Shown: positions 59,289 through 64,000 of the stretch, piece by piece
Position numbering within the stretch: the first letter of the stretch is position 1
Layout of the letters: every line of letters starts with the position of its first letter
Assembly (NCBI GenBank): GCA_013138965.1
Contig: WTBT01000058.1
Location: forward strand, 815 to 64,814
DNA from: Candidatus Aegiribacteria sp.
GTDB taxonomy: Bacteria > Fermentibacterota > Fermentibacteria > Fermentibacterales > JCC-6
Length of the DNA stretch: 64,000 bases
Direction: 5' to 3'
The notes under the pieces: generated by a model
Seen by the model: the letters and a program-made list of their open reading frames with translations, nothing else
The model's database searches: none
Told to the model about the DNA's origin: nothing
Program-made: the position numbers and the translations under genes

Positions 59289-59609
59289 TTGGTAATAATC
59301 CGTCTTAAAAGAATGGGAAGCAAGGGACAGCCTTCCTTCAGAATTGTGGCCGCGGATAGCCGCAAAGCTCCCAGCGGCAAGTTTCTGGACAGCTTCGGTT
59401 ACTATGACCCCCTTCGCAAACCTTTTGAAGTTAAAGTCGATGAAGAGAGAGTTTTTCACTGGCTTTCCAACGGGGCTCAGGTATCCGATACAGTGAGAAA
59501 TCTACTTAAGAAAACCGGAACCTGGAAGAAGTGGCGTCAGCTGTCTTCCGGTGATGGTGAAGTTAAACCGGAAGTAGTTTTCATAAAAGGTGAAAACAGA
59601 ACTTCGTAA
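59289..59609 (+). CDS. rpsP: 30S ribosomal protein S16.
   Basis: (M)VIIRLKRMGSKGQPSFRIVAADSRKAPSGKF, canonical S16. TTG start after GGAGG. Confidence 0.85.
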   Translation: MVIIRLKRMGSKGQPSFRIVAADSRKAPSGKFLDSFGYYDPLRKPFEVKVDEERVFHWLSNGAQVSDTVRNLLKKTGTWKKWRQLSSGDGEVKPEVVFIKGENRTS

Positions 59610-59662
59610 TTTTGAACGAGTGCGTTTGCAGGCTGAACTTACATCTAAACTGGAGGGTCCTC

Positions 59663-59893
59663 ATGAAAGAGCTTGTTGAACTTATGGCCAAAATCCTTGT
59701 TGCAGATCCCGAAGCTGTTTCTGTTGAAGAAACAGTCGAGGAGGATGTTACGATCTTTGAATTGAAGGTAGCCGAGAGCGATCTGGGCAGGGTTATAGGC
59801 CGCGAAGGTAAAATTGCAAAGGCTATGCGACTTATTATAAGATCAGCTGCTGCCCGTCTGGAGCAGAAAGCTACAGTCAGAATTATTGACTGA
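59663..59893 (+). CDS. KH-domain RNA-binding protein (YlqC/UPF0109-like).
   Basis: MKELVELMAKILVADPEAVSV...VIGREGKIAKAMR. Conserved position between rpsP and rimM. GGAGG RBS. Confidence 0.7.
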   Translation: MKELVELMAKILVADPEAVSVEETVEEDVTIFELKVAESDLGRVIGREGKIAKAMRLIIRSAAARLEQKATVRIID

Positions 59894-60419
59894 TTTCAAC
59901 AGCTCAGTTCCCGGCGATATCATATATCTCGGGTACGTAGAAAAGACACATGGCCTGAAGGGCGGACTGAGAGTCAGGCTTTTCCAGGGGTACGGGAATC
60001 CTGATATTCCGGTGGGGACTGTGGTTCTGCTCAACGGGAGCAGACTTCTTACAGTAAGTCGATGCACCGCTTATGGAGGAGATTCAAGGTTCAATCTCAC
60101 CTTCAGGGAGATATGTAACAGGGATGAAGCCGAGGAATTAAGAAACGATTCAATCTATATATCCAGGGATGAAGCCGATGGGAAGCTGGGATTCATACCT
60201 CTTTACAATTTTGCAGGATTGGATATCCTGTCCCGTGGATACCGCATGAGGATAGTTGATGTTGAACCTGCCGGGGTGAATCCAATGCTTATTGTGGAGA
60301 ATAACGGAAATAGGTTTCATGTTCCCGTTATTCTGGTGATGAACGAAGGATCGATAGATTGGAAGGAAAAAGTGATTGAGCTTGACCTTCCTGAGGGACT
60401 GGAAGAGCTTCCGTTGTAA
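59886..60419 (+). CDS. rimM: Ribosome maturation factor RimM.
   Basis: IYLGYVEKTHGLKGGLRVRLFQGYGNP and a PRC barrel C-terminus. Conserved context. Confidence 0.8.
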   Translation: MTDFNSSVPGDIIYLGYVEKTHGLKGGLRVRLFQGYGNPDIPVGTVVLLNGSRLLTVSRCTAYGGDSRFNLTFREICNRDEAEELRNDSIYISRDEADGKLGFIPLYNFAGLDILSRGYRMRIVDVEPAGVNPMLIVENNGNRFHVPVILVMNEGSIDWKEKVIELDLPEGLEELPL

Positions 60420-60593
60420 TTGGAGCTTAGGAGTGTGTCCGACAATGTACATTGAGCAGAATATCCTCACGGCTGAGATAGAATGCTCGGAGATTTGAGG
60501 AGAATACTGGATGTATTTGACGATAATATGCGAGTATTATAGCCAGCTGTGTGGGTTTTATACCAATGTTTCATTGTAGGACAAGCTCCTGAA

Positions 60594-61346
60594 ATGCAGG
60601 CAGCAGTTGCTACATTGTTTCCTGAACTGTTTTCTCCATTCATGGAATGCGGGATCGTAGGAAGGGCTGTTGAACAAGGCCTGGTAGATATTAGGATCCT
60701 GGATATCAGAGACAGGGCCGTTGACGACAGAGGTTCGGTTGATGATTACCAGTTCGGCGGCGGCGCCGGCATGCTTTTAAGGCCGGAACCGTTGTTTGAA
60801 ACACTTGAGCGGATACCCTGGATGGATGATGCGAGGGTCATCTTCATGACACCCCAGGGAAAAAGGCTGAATCATGATCTGGCACGTGAGCTTGCAGAGT
60901 CCGGCAGGATGATAATATTCTGCGGCAGGTATGGTGGAATCGATCAGAGGTTCAGGGATACCGCCGTAACCGATGAGATAAGTGTGGCAGATGCGGTGGT
61001 ATCAGGTGGTGAGATACCGGCCATGTTCCTCTTGGAAGCGGTATTCAGATGGCTTCCAGGGGTTCTGGGAAGGATGGAATCCGCTCAATCGGATTCATTC
61101 GCTACCGGATTGCTGGACTATCCGAGGTATACAAGGCCTGCCGATTATAGAGGTATAAAGGTTCCGGAGGTTATCATTTCGGGAAACCATGCTGAGATTG
61201 AGGACTGGAGATTCAGAAAAGCACTGGAGCTGACAATGAGAAAACGTCCGGATCTGATCGATTCGGAGAGTGAAGAGATTATTAAAGAACGATTTATCCG
61301 TTCGCTGCGGCTGGCGGATAGACAGAAGGAGCAGAAGAATGGATGA
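60594..61346 (+). CDS. trmD: tRNA (guanine37-N1)-methyltransferase.
   Basis: [45 protein letters not shown]. Start moved to [13 protein letters not shown]. Confidence 0.85.
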   Translation: MQAAVATLFPELFSPFMECGIVGRAVEQGLVDIRILDIRDRAVDDRGSVDDYQFGGGAGMLLRPEPLFETLERIPWMDDARVIFMTPQGKRLNHDLARELAESGRMIIFCGRYGGIDQRFRDTAVTDEISVADAVVSGGEIPAMFLLEAVFRWLPGVLGRMESAQSDSFATGLLDYPRYTRPADYRGIKVPEVIISGNHAEIEDWRFRKALELTMRKRPDLIDSESEEIIKERFIRSLRLADRQKEQKNG

Positions 61347-61701
61347 CATTATCAGAAGTGTTGAATCCTCTCAGATAAGGGATGATTATCCCGACTTCAG
61401 AGCGGGAGACACGGTGAAGATCCACTTTCAGGTTGTGGAAGGCGACAAGACCAGAGTACAGATCTACCAGGGAGTGGTCATTTCCCGAAGGGGAGGCGGA
61501 ACTGCCGAGACGTTCACCGTAAGGAAGATCTCAGGCGGCATAAGTGTGGAAAGGGTGTTCCCGCTAAATTCACCTCTCATCGCGAAGATCGAAGTAACCA
61601 GAGCAGGTAAGGTCCGCAGGTCCAAGCTTTTCTACCTTCGCGGCAAAAAGGGCAAGGCCGCAAGGATCAAAGAGAAGAAGACATTCGGCGCGAGGAAATA
61701 A
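61339..61701 (+). CDS. rplS: 50S ribosomal protein L19.
   Basis: [35 protein letters not shown]...RKIS.G..VERVFPL. Start at MDDIIRSVE with an AGGAG RBS; overlaps the trmD end by 8 nt. Confidence 0.9.
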   Translation: MDDIIRSVESSQIRDDYPDFRAGDTVKIHFQVVEGDKTRVQIYQGVVISRRGGGTAETFTVRKISGGISVERVFPLNSPLIAKIEVTRAGKVRRSKLFYLRGKKGKAARIKEKKTFGARK

Positions 61702-61723
61702 TACTACGGCAACTCAGCTCCTT

Positions 61724-62332
61724 CTGTTCGATGAAAGTTTCCGGTCGAGATATCCCATAATCGCGGGAATCGATGAGGCGGGGAGAGGCCCCCTTGCCGG
61801 CCCCCTTGTTGCGGCAGCGGTACTATTCCCCAGGGAGACTTTTCTGAGGGAGGTCGACGACAGCAAGAAGCTTTCCGTCAGTAAACGCAGTCGGCTCTTC
61901 CCGGTGATCATTGAAGAATCGGAATACTGTTCAACAGGTATTGTAGAATCTTCCGAGATCGACATGGTGGGTATGGCTGAGGCAGTCCGCCTTTCTTTTA
62001 AGCGAGCTGCGGGGGCACTGGATATTCACGTTGATCTTTTTCTTATCGATGGCCTTCCTGTAAAGAATCTGAACATTTCCGCGGAATTCATTGTGAAAGG
62101 TGATTCGAAGAGCCTTTCAATTGCGGCTGCCAGTATAATCGCCAAGGTCACAAGAGACAATATCATGATAGAGGCTGACGGGAAGTATCCCGGTTACGGT
62201 TTCGCTTCCAATAAGGGTTACGGTACGAGAGACCATATTGAAGCAATCAGGAAACTCGGCCCTTCCCCGATTCACAGAATGTCCTTCGCTCCCATGAAGA
62301 ATGATATGCAGCCGAGGTTCCGTTTTGAGTGA
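61724..62332 (+). CDS. rnhB: Ribonuclease HII. The frame is open from 61598 with no in-frame ATG/GTG/TTG before the conserved N-terminus, so the start is placed tentatively at CTG 61724.
   Basis: IAGIDEAGRGPLAGPLVAAAV and DDSKKL motifs are encoded upstream of the ORF-track start (GTG 61904). In-frame stop at 61595-61597. Confidence 0.75.
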   Translation: MFDESFRSRYPIIAGIDEAGRGPLAGPLVAAAVLFPRETFLREVDDSKKLSVSKRSRLFPVIIEESEYCSTGIVESSEIDMVGMAEAVRLSFKRAAGALDIHVDLFLIDGLPVKNLNISAEFIVKGDSKSLSIAAASIIAKVTRDNIMIEADGKYPGYGFASNKGYGTRDHIEAIRKLGPSPIHRMSFAPMKNDMQPRFRFE

Positions 62333-62684
62333 TGTCTCCAGGAAAGCCGAATCCTTCGTATGCCGGTGGCTTGAGGAGAGGGGATGGAACATTGAAGCCC
62401 GGAATTACAGAACGCGCAGGTCAGAGATCGATATAGTCGCAAAAAAAGAAGATGTACTCTCCTTCGTTGAAGTCAAATTCGCTTCCGACAGTTCCGCTAC
62501 GATTACACTTGGTAAGATAGATTCAACGAAGCAGGCAAGAATTGTACATGCCGCTTCGGCTTACCTCTCAGCGAAACCTCCTTCAGGCCAGATACGCTTT
62601 GATGTGGCGGTAGTAAGGGGCTCATCCATGAACCTCCGAATGGACATTTATCTTGAGGATGCATTCCGGCCTGACCTGATGTAG
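62301..62684 (+). CDS. yraN: YraN-family (UPF0102) endonuclease.
   Basis: AESFVCRWLEERGWNIEARNYRTRRSEIDIVAKKEDVLSFVEVK, the YraN signature. Start at ATG 62301 or TTG 62325. Confidence 0.7.
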   Translation: MICSRGSVLSDVSRKAESFVCRWLEERGWNIEARNYRTRRSEIDIVAKKEDVLSFVEVKFASDSSATITLGKIDSTKQARIVHAASAYLSAKPPSGQIRFDVAVVRGSSMNLRMDIYLEDAFRPDLM

Positions 62685-62708
62685 TCTGCAGTCTTCAACT
62701 CCTGTCTT

Positions 62709-62906
62709 TTACGGCAGTATCAGAAGACCTGCAAGCGCAGCAGCGACTATAACGATTCCTGCGGCAACATAAACGACGACCATGGATTCCTGGCCGAGGA
62801 AGCGGTTATAGTGGTGAAAACGGTTGAATCGCCGGATGAGACAACCCCTCGCATCGCTATTGCCCTGCAACAGATTCATATAGTGAATGACTGCTTTTCC
62901 CAACAT
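62709..62906 (-). CDS. Hypothetical small protein with a C-terminal TM helix.
   Basis: ORF only. VVVYVAAGIVIVAAALAGLLIL hydrophobic tail. Sits at the edge of the AT-rich region. Confidence 0.2.
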   Translation of the reverse strand: MLGKAVIHYMNLLQGNSDARGCLIRRFNRFHHYNRFLGQESMVVVYVAAGIVIVAAALAGLLILP

Positions 62907-63268
62907 TGTCTGATCCTCCCACTAGATAAACACCGAAGAGTAAGATATGGTTTCCATTTTTCAGTAAATTAATTTTCCTCCGTCTCAGATCTGCAGGAAC
63001 AACCTCCTAGTGTAAAGGAAGTATTGTCAGTAATTGCTTCCCCAATAAGCATATTAATAGTGCCGCAAGATTTGCTATCATTTCTATCTCTATATATAGA
63101 TGATATTTGCAGGCGTTGATCTAACAACCTGGTTAACTCAAGTACTTCACACCATACTAGACGCTTTTTGAAACATTGCTACTCTTGGATAGATACTTGA
63201 GGATTGTTTTCTTTGGCATCTGATCAGATGTATTTAGAACTTCACTACTATATATGATTGATATGTGA

Positions 63269-63907
63269 TTATTTAATCAGTTCTTCGAGTCCACTATTGT
63301 AGATTCTTCTCTTAAGCAAACTCATAGATACTTCAAATTGTGGAACTAACTTAATAGCAATATTCTCTATAACAGGATCTAGATAGTCTTTTCTACGGAG
63401 TTTTGCTGCCTTTGCATCAGATATTTGATCTTGAGTAGAAGGTAAGACTTCTAAGAACAAAGAGGTCAAGTATCGAGTCGGTACAAGTATCATTCCAGCA
63501 AATGTATACCCTTGATATTCAAAGCGTTGCCTGATATTATCTTTCATACTATTATAAAAATCCATCCAACTATATTTATCATGTACTCCATGATCAGATG
63601 CTGCTTGGTTAAGAATATCTTTGTGAAGTTCGAAATGACCAACTTCATGAGCTAGTGTTGCACGGGCGCGGTTCTCGCAGTTCGTATAAACATGTTCATC
63701 TATGTATATGCTTGACCAATTTGCAAGTGTGAATCCTTCTATATCCAAATCTTGCTGCATATTAGTAACAGGTATGATCTCTATATTTAAATCATCCTCA
63801 ATAATCATTTCAATATCGATGGGTATCTCATCATCACGCCCGAGTCTATTAAGAAGCCCATTAGCTTTATCATCGATAGTTTCGTTCTCAAGCCAAGGGA
63901 GATACAT
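63269..63907 (-). CDS. ImmA/IrrE-family (DUF955) metallo-endopeptidase in an AT-rich region.
   Basis: ATLAHEVGHFELH, an HExxH zinc-binding motif in the context typical of ImmA/IrrE. Local GC is about 35% versus about 52% for the rest of the window. Confidence 0.5.
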   Translation of the reverse strand: MYLPWLENETIDDKANGLLNRLGRDDEIPIDIEMIIEDDLNIEIIPVTNMQQDLDIEGFTLANWSSIYIDEHVYTNCENRARATLAHEVGHFELHKDILNQAASDHGVHDKYSWMDFYNSMKDNIRQRFEYQGYTFAGMILVPTRYLTSLFLEVLPSTQDQISDAKAAKLRRKDYLDPVIENIAIKLVPQFEVSMSLLKRRIYNSGLEELIK

Positions 63908-63913
63908 TACTAT

Positions 63914-64000
63914 TAAGTATTCCTAATCAAATCTGCCAGTTTCTCAAGATCATCATCCTTCACTTTTTGTCCTCTAACTGTGCGAAACACTAAAGGAAGG
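63914..64000 (-). CDS. 3' end of an upstream gene (partial, runs off the window), co-oriented and 6 nt from the ImmA-like start. Possibly the partner regulator.
   Basis: Minus-strand frame reads ...LPLVFRTVRGQKVKDDDLEKLADLIRNT* with the stop at 63914-63916. Confidence 0.3.

Overview
This 64 kb window is a bacterial chromosomal segment of about 50-52% GC with dense coding on both strands. Two proteins end in clear T9SS (Por) C-terminal sorting domains, and there is an ExbB-ExbD-ExbD-TonB cluster next to a giant TPR protein, which together suggest an FCB-superphylum-like organism. Core housekeeping content includes groES-groEL, pdxS-pdxT, hutH, trxA-trxB plus a protein disulfide oxidoreductase (PDO), tpx, tldD/tldE, hppA, ffh and the conserved rpsP-KH-rimM-trmD-rplS-rnhB-yraN block. 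Two envelope-polysaccharide/LPS regions carry sugar transferases, GT2 and GT9 glycosyltransferases, a DegT aminotransferase, hldE and lptD. The most unusual structure is a ~4.9 kb insert at 39233-44154 carrying a T9SS-cargo protein of unknown function, a GH18 chitinase with a T9SS tail and an internal fragment of a group II intron-type reverse transcriptase. It is bounded by ~66 bp direct repeats that both derive from the 3' end of the adjacent ROK glucokinase gene and differ only at synonymous third-codon positions, i.e. an att-like signature of site-specific integration into a protein-coding gene's 3' end. Other notable points are an atypical 622 aa TonB-family protein with a ~330 aa duplicated cytoplasmic N-terminal domain, a palindromic repeat family that forms bidirectional terminators at two convergent gene junctions, 57 bp tandem repeats in a divergent promoter, a frameshift-split hldE, an rnhB with no canonical start codon, an IS91-like transposase remnant at the window start and an AT-rich island edge with an ImmA/IrrE peptidase at the window end. 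No rRNA, tRNA or CRISPR array was found.
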